Assembly: GCA_963793425.1 (NCBI GenBank)
Contig: CAWCAG010000005.1
Span: 576,001-640,000, forward strand
Length of the DNA: 64,000 nt
Reading direction: 5' to 3'
DNA from: an uncultured cyanobacterium
GTDB lineage: Bacteria > Cyanobacteriota > Cyanobacteriia > Cyanobacteriales > CAWCAG01
This document shows, piece after piece, positions 1-10,716 of this stretch. The translations under genes and the position numbers were made by a program. Numbering within the stretch: the stretch's first letter is position 1; the number at the start of each line of letters is the position of its first letter. The notes beneath the pieces are model-generated. The model was not told where the DNA came from. It was given only the letters and a program-made list of their open reading frames with translations, and made no database searches.

Positions 1-1666
1 TAGTTTTGTCTAATACCAACTCCGCTAAAGGCTTTGTTTTAGCCAAAGAAGACTTGAAAGTATCCTTAAGTAGTTGATTAACACAATCAAGTTTGAGAGG
101 TGCTAGAGAGATTTTTTCAATAGTTCTTCTTGCTTGGGCAATCTGCCTTAGAGTCACAGTCAAACCATGGGCAGAGTTAACTTCATTACTGCGATAGGCT
201 CCAATAAAAAATAAATACTGGCTATCTACATTAGTCATCAACAACTGAATTAGTTGTAAAGAAGCATGATCAGCCCATTGTAAATCGTCTAAAAATATAA
301 CTAAAGGATGTTCTGGTTTGCTAAAAACCTTAATAAATTCACAAAAGAGTAAGTTGAAACGATTCTGTGCTTCTTTTGCTGCTAAATTAAGAACATTTGG
401 TTGCTTGCCAATAATAAATTCTAACTCAGGAATCAACTCAACAAGAACTTGACCACTTTCTCCTAAAGCATTTAAAATTTCTTCTCTGCATTGCTGAACT
501 TTAATTTCACTTTCTGTCAACACAATCTCAATCAATTCTTGAAAAGCTTGAAGAAACCCTAGGTAAGGAAGATTACGTTGTAACTTATCAAATTTACCGC
601 TAATAAAGTAACCTTTTTGGCGTGTAATTGGTTTGTAAACTTCCTGAATTAAAACAGACTTTCCTATACCTGAATAGCCAGAAATGAGCATCATTTCACT
701 TTTACCTAATGCTACGCGCTCAAAAGCAGCAAGCAAAAGAGCAATTTCGACTTCTCTGCCATAAAGCTTTTGAGAAATTTGCAAACTGTGACAAAGATCA
801 TGCTCTCCCAGGGAAAAAGATTTAATTTCACCTTCAGTTTCTAATTGATAAAGACACAACTCTAAATCAGCTTCTAAACCCCAACAACTTTGATAACGAT
901 CTTCAGCATTTTTAGCTAACAATTTCATCACAATTTCAGAAATCATGAGAGGAATTTTAGAGTTAACATAATGAGGAGGGATTGGCTGTTTAGCCAGATG
1001 AGCATGTACTAACTCGATGCCATCCTGACTATTAAAAGGAAGTTGATGAGTAAGTAGCTCATAAAAAGTCACTCCAAGAGAATAAAAATCAGTGCGGTAA
1101 TCTACCAGCCGATTCATTCTTCCTGTTTGTTCAGGAGATAGATAAGCCAGGGTAGCTTCAATTTCTTGGGTAACTTTCAGTTGAGGCTTTTCTGTACTTA
1201 AGATGGTAGCAACACCAAAATCAATGATTTTGAGCAAACCATTTTGGGCATTATAAATAAGATTGGCAGGATTAATATCTTTGTGGATAATCTTTTTAGC
1301 ATGAATCAAACCTAAACTAGCAGTAATTTTAGTGGAGATTATTAAAAATTCCTGGAGAGAAATAGGTTCACTGTAACTATTTAATAAACTCCTTAAGGAC
1401 TCCCCCCCAAAGTCCTCTAAAATAATTGCTAAGCTTCTTTGATATTTTTCTAAACTATAAGCTCTAATCACTCCTTCCAAATTCAAAGAAGAGATAATTT
1501 CATACTCTTGTTTATATCTCGCTAATTCTTGATGGGTGGGATATTCTTGCTTCAGTACCTTAATAATTACTGGTTTGGCATCATCTTCTCTCATACCGCG
1601 ATATACTCGCGAACGAGAACTTTCATATATTTGCTCAGTAATTTGGTAATTAGCAAGAGTAATCAT
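1..1666 (-). CDS. Ser/Thr kinase + AAA ATPase multidomain sensor kinase (5' part; runs off the window start)
   Basis: Translated by eye from ATG at 1666: MITLANYQITEQIYESSRSRVYRG...IIHKDINPANL...LKIIDFG...YLSPEQTGRMNR...SGYSGIGKS (P-loop)...FLDDLQWAD. Not in the ORF track because it lacks a stop in the window. Confidence 0.93.
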   Translation of the reverse strand, partial: MITLANYQITEQIYESSRSRVYRGMREDDAKPVIIKVLKQEYPTHQELARYKQEYEIISSLNLEGVIRAYSLEKYQRSLAIILEDFGGESLRSLLNSYSEPISLQEFLIISTKITASLGLIHAKKIIHKDINPANLIYNAQNGLLKIIDFGVATILSTEKPQLKVTQEIEATLAYLSPEQTGRMNRLVDYRTDFYSLGVTFYELLTHQLPFNSQDGIELVHAHLAKQPIPPHYVNSKIPLMISEIVMKLLAKNAEDRYQSCWGLEADLELCLYQLETEGEIKSFSLGEHDLCHSLQISQKLYGREVEIALLLAAFERVALGKSEMMLISGYSGIGKSVLIQEVYKPITRQKGYFISGKFDKLQRNLPYLGFLQAFQELIEIVLTESEIKVQQCREEILNALGESGQVLVELIPELEFIIGKQPNVLNLAAKEAQNRFNLLFCEFIKVFSKPEHPLVIFLDDLQWADHASLQLIQLLMTNVDSQYLFFIGAYRSNEVNSAHGLTVTLRQIAQARRTIEKISLAPLKLDCVNQLLKDTFKSSLAKTKPLAELVLDKT

Positions 1667-1670
1667 AGAA

Positions 1671-2033
1671 TTACTTCTTTAAAGTAAGAGCTGTGAGTTC
1701 AGGAGTTTGGCTAAATTTACCATCTTGATCAGACTCAAAGTTGAGAACACCAAACACAGCATCTGTATTTAGGGAACCATAAATATGGGGAAAATAACCT
1801 TCTTGATCATTTCCTTCGTAACGAATTTCTGCTTGCACTTGTTCTGAATCTATCAACAAAAGCAGCAGTTTTGGCTTGCCGCGAAAAAAGCGATTAGCTG
1901 TTGCCACAACTTGCTCTGGTGTTGAACAGTGAATAAAACCTTCACTATCAAGGGTATCGCAGTAATAAAATCCTGTTGATTGAGCTTCTTTCCACTGCTG
2001 AATCTCTGCAATATGTAAAATCTTCATGGTCAT
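1671..2033 (-). CDS. DUF952 family protein
   Basis: Motifs EGFIHCST and FPHIYG.LN. Confidence 0.9.
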   Translation of the reverse strand: MTMKILHIAEIQQWKEAQSTGFYYCDTLDSEGFIHCSTPEQVVATANRFFRGKPKLLLLLIDSEQVQAEIRYEGNDQEGYFPHIYGSLNTDAVFGVLNFESDQDGKFSQTPELTALTLKK

Positions 2034-2582
2034 AGAGTCTAACTACAATATCCTTGAGGATATCTCCAGAATGTTACTTATAGCTGAATAAGTTTGCCAT
2101 AAACTAGGTTCTCTATAGTTTATTATCCGGGAGATTGTTTGAGGCAAAAGATATTACCTAAACATCACAAGAACTATTTTTGAAGAGAATTTAGGGTTGT
2201 TAGTAATGAAAACCAATGGCTGTTTATCAAGAAAAGATATTCACCTCCGTCTATTTGCGTAAGAGTATTTGCTATTTTGACCACGAATAAACTACCATCA
2301 AGAAAAAGTAAGCAAATCGCCTCTTCAACTAGCTTACAAAACCTTTAAAAAAGAATTATCGGTTAAGAAATAAAAGTTATACAAAACAAACATAATCTTA
2401 TACCTCACGACATACACTCATGACTAAATATAGTCATAGGAGCAAATGAAATAGATTTATTTTCTAACCACAAGTCAGTAGGGTGTAGCTACTTATATGT
2501 AAGAGGGATTTCTCTATGCAAAAATTCCTTTTTCACGAAAAATTGGTTCCATTTCTTAACGTAAACAATACCAGGTAAATCA

Positions 2583-3401
2583 ATGATTAGTTTCAAACAA
2601 ATTCTCGCTAGTACAAGTTTAGTTACTGGAGCAATTATTTCTGTATCTACTGGCTCTGCCCAAGCTTTTAGTTTCCAAACAGGTGAAGATTTAGGAGCTT
2701 GCGATCCTTTACGTCAACAAGTTATGACTAAAAACGCTCCCTCACCAAATCTTACCACTTGCGAAACCACTGATGGGTTCAGGTTAACGGCAGGCTTTGA
2801 AGGTAATCCTGGCAATGAAACGAAGTCACCTCTTCTTGCTGCCAAGAAAGTTAAGAATACTATCGGGCTTGGGGTTAACTTTGACAAGGATCTTAATAGC
2901 CGTGATCCAGGAGATTATGGCACAGATGGAGAAATTGATGCTGGAGAATATATTACTCTAGAAGCCTTGAAAGGCCCATCTATCTTTGACCACATAGAGT
3001 TATCTTTTCTCTATCAGCCGGGGGTACATAACGATGCTGTTTATGAAATTGCTCTTTTGGAAACGTCCCAAGGCAAAACTGGTACTTTAAGAATTACTGG
3101 AAACAGTACAGCAGAGTACTTATTTAATGGCAAAACAACAATTATCAATGCCCTAAGCCCTTCTACCCATGCTGGTGGCGGTTACTACCGTATTAATAAT
3201 CCTTTTGGTGATATCAAAGTTGGTCAAGTTAAATTGAGTGCGCCAGGAAAGGCTAGTGATAACTCTACTCAACATGACTACTCTCTTGTCGCAGCTAAGG
3301 CTACTCAAGTTCCTGAACCCGGAAGTGCCGCAGCAGTCTTAGGCTTAGGTCTTCTGGTTGCTAGATGCTCTCGCCGCAAGGAATCAGCGAACAACAGCTA
3401 A
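2583..3401 (+). CDS. PEP-CTERM sorting-domain secreted protein
   Basis: N-terminal signal peptide (AQA cleavage); C-terminal VPEPG + hydrophobic stretch + RRK. Confidence 0.88.
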   Translation: MISFKQILASTSLVTGAIISVSTGSAQAFSFQTGEDLGACDPLRQQVMTKNAPSPNLTTCETTDGFRLTAGFEGNPGNETKSPLLAAKKVKNTIGLGVNFDKDLNSRDPGDYGTDGEIDAGEYITLEALKGPSIFDHIELSFLYQPGVHNDAVYEIALLETSQGKTGTLRITGNSTAEYLFNGKTTIINALSPSTHAGGGYYRINNPFGDIKVGQVKLSAPGKASDNSTQHDYSLVAAKATQVPEPGSAAAVLGLGLLVARCSRRKESANNS

Positions 3402-3421
3402 TACTTACGCAGTCAAAACAT

Positions 3422-3491
3422 AACCGTCAGGGCGACCCAATTAAGCGTAATTATTTTCTCAGTATCCCACAAACGGGTTGCCCCTACGGTT
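3422..3491. repeat. REP-like imperfect inverted repeat between convergent genes
   Basis: AACCGTCAGGGCGACCC ... GGGTTGCCCCTACGGTT, followed by TCAATGT heptamer repeats (3495-3520). Confidence 0.55.
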
Positions 3492-3522
3492 TTTCAATGT
3501 TCAATGTTCAATGTTCAATGAC

Positions 3523-4488
3523 TTAATACCCTGTTTCCTCTTCATATTCTGGAGTCTTAGTTTTCTCCGGAATATTTACTTTGGGTGGGTTGTAGGGTTC
3601 ATTTTCCACATCATCGTCCCAAACATCCCCTTCCACTTCAACGGGTTCAGGTTCAATATAAGCTTCTTGTTCGTAAGTAACCATGGGTTCATCTCCCCAG
3701 TTACCCTCTTCGTATTCTTCTTCCTCTTCATAGGGCAGAGGTGCTTCCTTTCGGCGGCGGAGGGGTTGCCTTTCTGTATCTTCCCAAGCATCTTCGTCCC
3801 AAGTTTCTTCTGGGATTCGTGATTCCATTTCGATGGGGCGAGGGGCTTTGGCTGGTACGTCTACGGGTATGCCTGTACCTAACTGATTTTCAGGCTTAGC
3901 GACGCTAGGTGATGAATATATATCTTCTTCTTCCCTTTCCCAAGGAGGCCTACCAATACCAACTCTTTCTAAAACACCTACGGTTAGCTGGCTGAGACGT
4001 TCTTCAGACCCTTCAAAAACAATCAAACGGTTGGGGCCACTGCTAACAATTTCTTCGATAGGTAAGGAGTAGGTACTGAGTACTTGATCAGGAATTTGTG
4101 GTAAACCAAGAGAAGCCAGAATCAAAGAAGAAACCTTACCATCAGCCATATCAAATTGGAAGTCTCTAACTCGCCCCAGAAGTTCACCAGTTTCAGTAAT
4201 TACTTCGCTGTTAATTAGTCGGCTGTAGGCTTCGACATCGACATCATCAATGACATCTTCGTCTTCTACGAGGATGACATCACCAGTTTGGATAATACTA
4301 GTAATATACATATACCTGGGCATCCCAGATAAGGAAATAATACTATCTCGCAAACCAAGGGCCACAACTTCTCTTTGGTCAACATCAACAAGAAGATCCT
4401 TAACCACTCCTAGGCGTTTGCCTGTGTTGCGAGTAATGACCTGGGTGTTTAAAAATTCAGCGCGTAGACGAATGTTATCTATTGTCAT
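3523..4488 (-). CDS. PRC-barrel domain protein with acidic C-terminal tail
   Basis: Two PRC-barrel-like repeats (VITRNTGKRLGVVKD; VITETGELLGRVRD) and a D/E/W-rich tail. Confidence 0.88.
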   Translation of the reverse strand: MTIDNIRLRAEFLNTQVITRNTGKRLGVVKDLLVDVDQREVVALGLRDSIISLSGMPRYMYITSIIQTGDVILVEDEDVIDDVDVEAYSRLINSEVITETGELLGRVRDFQFDMADGKVSSLILASLGLPQIPDQVLSTYSLPIEEIVSSGPNRLIVFEGSEERLSQLTVGVLERVGIGRPPWEREEEDIYSSPSVAKPENQLGTGIPVDVPAKAPRPIEMESRIPEETWDEDAWEDTERQPLRRRKEAPLPYEEEEEYEEGNWGDEPMVTYEQEAYIEPEPVEVEGDVWDDDVENEPYNPPKVNIPEKTKTPEYEEETGY

Positions 4489-4588
4489 TTTTTCCTACAG
4501 TTAAAGCTCCCAATCCAACTTCAATATTAATAATTCTTTGTTGACTATCTTTGGGTGTATTGTAATCTACTGATATTAAAATTAGAAT

Positions 4589-7500
4589 TTAGAGTTTAAT
4601 TCCTAAAACTTGAGTGTAAGCACCCCTGGCTTGGGTCACACCAATAGTACGTTCCGAAGATTCGATCATTGGTCGCCGCAAGCTTACCACAATAAACTGT
4701 GCTTGTTGGGCCTGCTTTTTGATCATTCTAGCTAATCGTTCGACATTTGCGCCGTCTAAGAACATATCTACTTCATCAAAGGCATAAAAAGGGGAAGGGC
4801 GATAACGTTGTAAGGCGAAGATGAAGCTAAGGGCAGTGAGGGATTTTTCTCCCCCAGACATGGAACTAAGACGCTGTACTGGTTTACCTTTAGGATGGGC
4901 AACTAAATTGAGTCCCCCAGAAAAAGGATCTTCTGAGTTATCTAGTTGCAAGTAACCATCTCCTTGGGAAAGGGTAGCAAAAGTATTTTGGAAGTTTTCG
5001 TTAACAGCATCAAAGGCTTCTTTAAAGGCACGTAATCTTAGGGTGGTAAAGTTTTCAACCCTTAATAATAATTCAGTACGTTCGGCTTCTAAGGTGGTTA
5101 ATTTTTCGGTAAGTTCTTGTAAGCGAGTTTGAGTACGATCATATTCTTCTAGGGCCAGCATATTTACAGGTTCCATAGCCTGGAGTCGCTTTCCGGAATT
5201 ACGGATATCTTTTTGCAGTTTTTCTAGTTGTTCTGTAAAGTTAGCAAAGCTGATGCCCCCTTCTCCTTGAGGATCAACCAAGAAAGGAATTTCGGGTAAA
5301 GGATTGGGAAGTTCCAAGGCTTGGGTAGCGACTTTTTCAATAAGTTCTTGTAATAATTCTCTTTGTTCTTGTTGGCTTTCTTGAAGTTTCTGACTACTCC
5401 AAGTTTTCTTTTGTTGTTTTAGTTGTAGGGAACGCAGTTTTTCTTCTGCCTCATCCCTAGCTTGTTTAGCTGTTTGCAATTTTGTGGATAATTGAGAAAG
5501 TAGTTGTTGGGTAGCAGCGATTTCTTCAGTTATGGCAACAATTTCTGCTTCTACCTCTACTTCCTTACTTTTAATATTCAATTTTTGTTGCTTAATCTCT
5601 GCTGTTCTTTGTTGAGATTCTTGAGTTTTCTCTTCTAAACGTTGGCCCTGATTTTCTAAATCTTTTAACCTCGCTTCAGTATTACGTAAAGTTTCTTCCT
5701 TTTGCTGTAAACTATTTTCTTGTCCTTGGATAGTTTTTCGCATCACCTGCCACTCACTATGACTTTGGGACTCTTCCAAGGCAGTTAAACTTTCTTGTTT
5801 GCTTTGTAAATCTGCTTCTTGCTGAGGAATTTCTGCTGTTAAAATTTGCAAACGTTTCTGCAATTCCCCTAATTCCTGATTATGTTGAGTTAGTTGAGTT
5901 TCTCTTTGGACTTGTTGTTGTTGCAAGCGTTTAATTTCTGTCTCTACTTGTTCTTGCCGCAGTTGTTCTTCTCGATGGATTTGTCTGGCTTCATTTAACT
6001 TTCTGCTTAATTCCTGGGCCAAACTTAACTTCTGCTGACTTTCTTGTTGACAACGTTCTAAAACAATACCAATTTCCTGTAAGCGTTGCCTCAAAGCAGC
6101 TAATTCCCCAGATTCTTGTAAGCTGGCTGTACCAAAATGCACTGAGGCACGAAAAGAACTACTACCTCCCGTCATCGCCCCGCTACTTTCTAATAATTCT
6201 CCTTCTAAGGTAACGATGCGAGTTTTACCCACATGGGGACGAGCATCCTGGAGACTAGCAAAAACTACTGTATTACCGAAAACATAATCAAAAATATTTT
6301 GGTAGCAGGATTCAAAATTAACTAATTCTACAGCGTAGTCAATGAAACCAGGGGCATTGCGGAGAAACATCACTTGATTCATCCGAGGAGGTTTAATCTT
6401 ATTTAAAGGTAAGAAAGTTGCCCGCCCGCCACGCTTTTGTTTAAGCAGTTCAATACCTTGGGCAGCTACTCCATCATTTTCCACAACTATAAACCCCAGG
6501 CGACCTCCTGCGGCTGTTTCCAGTGCCAATTGGTAGCGGGGATCAACCTGTCCGAGTTGGGCGACTAAACCGCAAACTCCTGGTAAGTTTGCTTGTAAAA
6601 TTGCTTTGGTGGCGTAGGTTCCTTGTGCTTCCTGTTGGGCTTGGGTTGTGGCTTCTAATTTATCTAGTTGCCGTTGTTTGTTTCTTTGTTCGGTAACTAA
6701 GCGGTTTAAGGTATCTTCTTGTAATTGTCGTTCTTGTTCTGCGGCGGCGAGTTGCTGTACTAAAGATTGGATAGTTTGTTGGGAATTATCAACCTGGGCA
6801 GCTAAGTTAGTTGCTTCTTCTTCTTTGGTGTTAATTTCCCCTTGGTTAACAGCGAGAAATTCCTCTCCTTCCCTAATCTTACTTTCCAACTGGCTATAAC
6901 GTTCCTGAAGTTGTGCTTGTTCAGTACGTTGAGGATTAAGGCTTTTTTGTAAAGCAGTTATCGCTTTGCTAAGGGCTGTTTGTTCCTGTACCCAAGCCTC
7001 AGAAGCAGAAGCGAGACTATTAGCTTTTTCGCGACTTGTTTCTAAAACTTCCTTAGCGCGAACACATTCTTTTTTTAAATTGGGTAATATCTCCGTTTCT
7101 TGCTGAGATTTTTCTTGTTCAAGTTCTGCCAAACTCTGGCTATACTGCTGAAGAAGCTGATCAAGTTGCAGAATTTCTGCTTCTGCTTCTTCCTTCGCCG
7201 TCGCTAATTCCCCTCGACGCTGGCGTAATTGGTTTTGCTTTGCTTCTTGGGTAGCAAGTTGGGCAGCCACAGAAAGTTGTTCATCTTCTCCCAAAGCTTT
7301 AACCTTGCGGCTTAACTGAGCTAATTTTGTTTCTGCTTGGTTAATTTCCCCAGCTAACCTCGCTAACTCCTCTTCTAACTGGCTTGCCTTCTTCTCCCCT
7401 TCAGCAATTTTCCCTTGCAACTCCTGTTGTTGTTGTTGTAGCGATCGCCAAATTAACACCGCCTCCCATTGTTGCTTTTGCTGAATTTCTGCCTTAAGTT

Positions 7501-8182
7501 TCTGGTACTTTTCTGCTTTAATACGATCAGCAGCCAGGCGATCGCGGGCTTTAATTAGTTCTTGTTGAATAATCTGACAACGTTCTTCCCTTTCCTTTAC
7601 CTGCTCAAAAGTTTTCCTCACCTGTTCAATTTTGCGATCAAAAGCAGCAACTCCCGCCAACTCATCAATAATTTCTCGCCTTTCTTTGGAATTCATGGTG
7701 ATGATGCGGGTAACATCCCCTTGCAACACTACGTTATACCCTTCAGGATAGATGCGTAAGCGGTTAAGTTGTTCGTGAAGTTCTGTAGCGGTAGAAGGTT
7801 CACCATTGATAAAATAACTAGAAGAGTAGCTTCCTCCCTTCGTTACCCTCAACCGCCGGGTAACAGTCCATTCTTCTCCTTCAAAGTTAGCAGCAATATC
7901 ATCTTCAGAATTGATCTCTTCTTTTAAATCAAAAGTAACGCTAACACTTGTTTCAACAGTACCGCGATGTTCCTTATTATGGTTAACCAAATCCGGGAGT
8001 CTTTCTGCCCGCATCCCTTTAGAACTTGCTAAACCCAGGGCGAACAATAAAGCATCAAGAATGTTAGACTTACCAGAGCCATTAGGGCCAGAAACCACAG
8101 TAAAACCAGGTAATAGAGGAATTGTACTCGTTCCTCCAAAAGATTTAAACCGTGAAAGTTCTACACACTTGATATGAACCAT
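4589..8182 (-). CDS. smc: Chromosome segregation protein SMC
   Basis: GPNGSGKSN Walker A, long coiled coils, hinge GRATFLPL, LSSMSGGEKS signature, FDEVD. Confidence 0.98.
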   Translation of the reverse strand: MVHIKCVELSRFKSFGGTSTIPLLPGFTVVSGPNGSGKSNILDALLFALGLASSKGMRAERLPDLVNHNKEHRGTVETSVSVTFDLKEEINSEDDIAANFEGEEWTVTRRLRVTKGGSYSSSYFINGEPSTATELHEQLNRLRIYPEGYNVVLQGDVTRIITMNSKERREIIDELAGVAAFDRKIEQVRKTFEQVKEREERCQIIQQELIKARDRLAADRIKAEKYQKLKAEIQQKQQWEAVLIWRSLQQQQQELQGKIAEGEKKASQLEEELARLAGEINQAETKLAQLSRKVKALGEDEQLSVAAQLATQEAKQNQLRQRRGELATAKEEAEAEILQLDQLLQQYSQSLAELEQEKSQQETEILPNLKKECVRAKEVLETSREKANSLASASEAWVQEQTALSKAITALQKSLNPQRTEQAQLQERYSQLESKIREGEEFLAVNQGEINTKEEEATNLAAQVDNSQQTIQSLVQQLAAAEQERQLQEDTLNRLVTEQRNKQRQLDKLEATTQAQQEAQGTYATKAILQANLPGVCGLVAQLGQVDPRYQLALETAAGGRLGFIVVENDGVAAQGIELLKQKRGGRATFLPLNKIKPPRMNQVMFLRNAPGFIDYAVELVNFESCYQNIFDYVFGNTVVFASLQDARPHVGKTRIVTLEGELLESSGAMTGGSSSFRASVHFGTASLQESGELAALRQRLQEIGIVLERCQQESQQKLSLAQELSRKLNEARQIHREEQLRQEQVETEIKRLQQQQVQRETQLTQHNQELGELQKRLQILTAEIPQQEADLQSKQESLTALEESQSHSEWQVMRKTIQGQENSLQQKEETLRNTEARLKDLENQGQRLEEKTQESQQRTAEIKQQKLNIKSKEVEVEAEIVAITEEIAATQQLLSQLSTKLQTAKQARDEAEEKLRSLQLKQQKKTWSSQKLQESQQEQRELLQELIEKVATQALELPNPLPEIPFLVDPQGEGGISFANFTEQLEKLQKDIRNSGKRLQAMEPVNMLALEEYDRTQTRLQELTEKLTTLEAERTELLLRVENFTTLRLRAFKEAFDAVNENFQNTFATLSQGDGYLQLDNSEDPFSGGLNLVAHPKGKPVQRLSSMSGGEKSLTALSFIFALQRYRPSPFYAFDEVDMFLDGANVERLARMIKKQAQQAQFIVVSLRRPMIESSERTIGVTQARGAYTQVLGIKL

Positions 8183-8255
8183 AAACCCTGGTCAACGGAA
8201 GCTTGATACTTAAGTATTTAAGTATATGCAAAAATGCTATATTGCGCTCTAAATC

Positions 8256-8306
8256 ATACCAAATCGGTGTTGAGTCACATGACTTATCTGTTGGGGTAGG
8301 GAGCAG
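8256..8306 (+). repeat. One end of a dispersed MITE-like repeat (family A)
   Basis: CATACCAAATCGGTGTTGAGTCACATGACTTATCTGTTGGGGTAGGGAGCAG; related copies at ~14846, ~27125-27260 and ~38430-38490. Confidence 0.65.
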
Positions 8307-8422
8307 ATAAAGTAGTAGGGTGGGCAAAAACATCTCCATTCGTTGATCAAACTTAATATAAAACATTTGCCCACCATGATCTAAAGATTCACTGATTAAT
8401 TCTGGTGGGCAAGATAGGCTGA

Positions 8423-9802
8423 TCATTGATAACTGATTAACCCTAATTCCTGACGCAAACGATGAAGAATTGTATTTGGTTCCACTTGAGAAAGAATTTC
8501 TTGAATTACTGTACTGGGGCCTAAATTACCCCAACTACAACCCTTTTCCAAATATTCCTGTGCCACCTTTCCCACTGCATAAGCCCCATAACCAGCGATG
8601 CCTCCTTGGGTTGCAGCGGTAGTTGCATAAGTAGCGATACCCATAGGGCTTTCTAAGATAGCTGTTTTCCCTAAACCTAAAACCGCACTACTACCAATTT
8701 CTCCTAATAATAAACCCCCGGAACTAACTAAGATTTTCCGCCATAATTTCCCGGCTTCAAAACTTGTCATCGGTAAGCCATATAAACGTGCCAATGAACG
8801 AATTAAAGCTAAATCGGCGATCGCACCTCCCAAGACATCAAGAATGGCTAAGGGATTCAAGGCAACCACTAAGGCTTTATACTTGGCATAGCGCCAAATT
8901 ATTTGTTCTGCTTCGCTTTGCCGTAATTCCAAAGTTTTCCGGGCAATTTGTGTTTCGGCTGTTTGTGCCTGAAAGAGGGCATTAATAGCTAGTAGGGATC
9001 GCCCTTCTCGATTAAGAATCTCAAAAATCTTCTCTTTCAACTGATCTATCTGCGGCGGAGGAGTTTCCCACTCTTGGGTTTCTCTGCCATCAGCCCATTC
9101 TACCCGAACTCTGATGGGTTTTGGTTCTGCGGCAATAAGAACAATTTCTTCCGGGGAGACAATTTGGTTAATTTCTCCACCGTCACTTGCTTCTAATTGT
9201 TGTAGTTGTTGATAAATTTCTTGACGATCTTTTTCAGGGAAAAGGTCAATTTTGTTAAAGACTAAAATCAGGGGTTTATGACTATCTCGCAATGCCACTA
9301 AAGCATCATATTCTGTGCGAGTAATATCCCCAGCAATAACAAACAGAATTAAATCAGACTGACTAGCCACTTCTTTTGCCATTGCTGCCCTGGCTTCCCC
9401 GGCTATTTCATCTAACCCCGGAGTATCCACCAACTCGACTTGAATTTTCCCCCCAGGATGCCAGCGTACAGCTTTGGGCCATTTCGTTACGCCATTGAGG
9501 GGGCCAGTTTCTAAAACATTCTGCCCCAACAAAGCATTAACCACCGAAGATTTCCCTCGGCTAACTAAACCAAAAGCAGCAATGCGAATAACTTTTTGGT
9601 CTAATTTTTCTAGGGCAGCTTTTAAAGATTGTAACTCCGGCCGTACAGAAGCTTGCAACTCTAAATCTGGGGTGAGATCCCCATGACGGCGAAACTTACC
9701 GTACCAAGACAAAGCCTGCTGCAAGCTAGCCTTAGCTTGGTTAAAGTGGGTTTCTTGGGGAGAATAACGCGGACTTTCTGGAATATCAGTAGGAGAATTC
9801 AA
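8423..9802 (-). CDS. Era-like GTP-binding protein with DUF697 C-terminus
   Basis: GLVSRGKSS (G1), DTPG (G3), NKID (G4), hydrophobic C-terminal region. Confidence 0.88.
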   Translation of the reverse strand: MNSPTDIPESPRYSPQETHFNQAKASLQQALSWYGKFRRHGDLTPDLELQASVRPELQSLKAALEKLDQKVIRIAAFGLVSRGKSSVVNALLGQNVLETGPLNGVTKWPKAVRWHPGGKIQVELVDTPGLDEIAGEARAAMAKEVASQSDLILFVIAGDITRTEYDALVALRDSHKPLILVFNKIDLFPEKDRQEIYQQLQQLEASDGGEINQIVSPEEIVLIAAEPKPIRVRVEWADGRETQEWETPPPQIDQLKEKIFEILNREGRSLLAINALFQAQTAETQIARKTLELRQSEAEQIIWRYAKYKALVVALNPLAILDVLGGAIADLALIRSLARLYGLPMTSFEAGKLWRKILVSSGGLLLGEIGSSAVLGLGKTAILESPMGIATYATTAATQGGIAGYGAYAVGKVAQEYLEKGCSWGNLGPSTVIQEILSQVEPNTILHRLRQELGLISYQ

Positions 9803-9929
9803 GGTTAAAGGAAATTAAATATCTCTATCTACTATTGTGGCCAAAGATCCTCTTTCAGAGGAAAATAAACAGGTGCGGATTTCCACTCCCTGGCTTTAAC
9901 CTGTGTAACTCAATACCAATTTTTTAAAT

Positions 9930-10679
9930 ATGAAACCATTTTTATTTGTTACTGATTTAGATAATACTCTGATAGGCGATGATGCAGCTTTGGCAACACT
10001 TAACCAAAAGTTAGAGAAACATCGTCAAGAAAACGGCACTAAAATAGTTTATGCTACCGGGCGATCGCTCTATCTTTATCGGCAATTAGCCCAGGAAAAA
10101 ACGCTTTTAACCCCCGATGCCCTCATCGCCTCTGTGGGTACTGCTATTTTTAGTGATCCTCAAGATGATGCTTACGATCCTCAATGGGCAGAGGTTTTGT
10201 CTCCAGGGTGGAATCGAGAGAAAATTCTGGAAATTGGCACTAGCTTTACTCAATTAGTCCCTCAGCCAGAATACGAACAGTTTGAGTATAAGGTTAGTTA
10301 TCATATTCCTGAAGCAGAAGCAAAAGAAGTTATGCCCGCTTTGCAAGAGAAGCTAACAGCAGCAGGTTTGAAGTTTAATTTGATTTACAGTGGTAGCCTT
10401 GATCTTGATGTTTTGCCGGAAAATGGTAATAAAGGTTTAGCTGTGAAATTCCTTCAGGAGAAATTAGGATTTCAGCCTGAAGATACAGTTGTTTGTGGTG
10501 ATTCTGGTAACGACATTGCTTTGTTTAAGGTTGGTAAGTCGCGAGGAATTATGGTCGGCAATTCTAAACATGAACTCCGGGAATGGTATCAAGCAAATCG
10601 CAAAGATTATCATTATCTCGCTCAAAGTTCGTGTTCGGGAGGAATTTTAGAAGGCTTAAAGCACTTTAAGTTCTTGTAA
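9930..10679 (+). CDS. spp: Sucrose-phosphate phosphatase (HAD family)
   Basis: FLFVTDLDNTL, YATGRS, CGDSGND motifs. Confidence 0.9.
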   Translation: MKPFLFVTDLDNTLIGDDAALATLNQKLEKHRQENGTKIVYATGRSLYLYRQLAQEKTLLTPDALIASVGTAIFSDPQDDAYDPQWAEVLSPGWNREKILEIGTSFTQLVPQPEYEQFEYKVSYHIPEAEAKEVMPALQEKLTAAGLKFNLIYSGSLDLDVLPENGNKGLAVKFLQEKLGFQPEDTVVCGDSGNDIALFKVGKSRGIMVGNSKHELREWYQANRKDYHYLAQSSCSGGILEGLKHFKFL

Positions 10680-10716
10680 CAAATAAGTATTTCATGATCT
10701 ATTTATCTTTGAGAGC

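Noticed and set aside
2419..2437. Palindrome ATGACTA-N4-TAGTCAT upstream of the PEP-CTERM gene
   Set aside because: Single short AT-rich palindrome with no second copy or candidate regulator.
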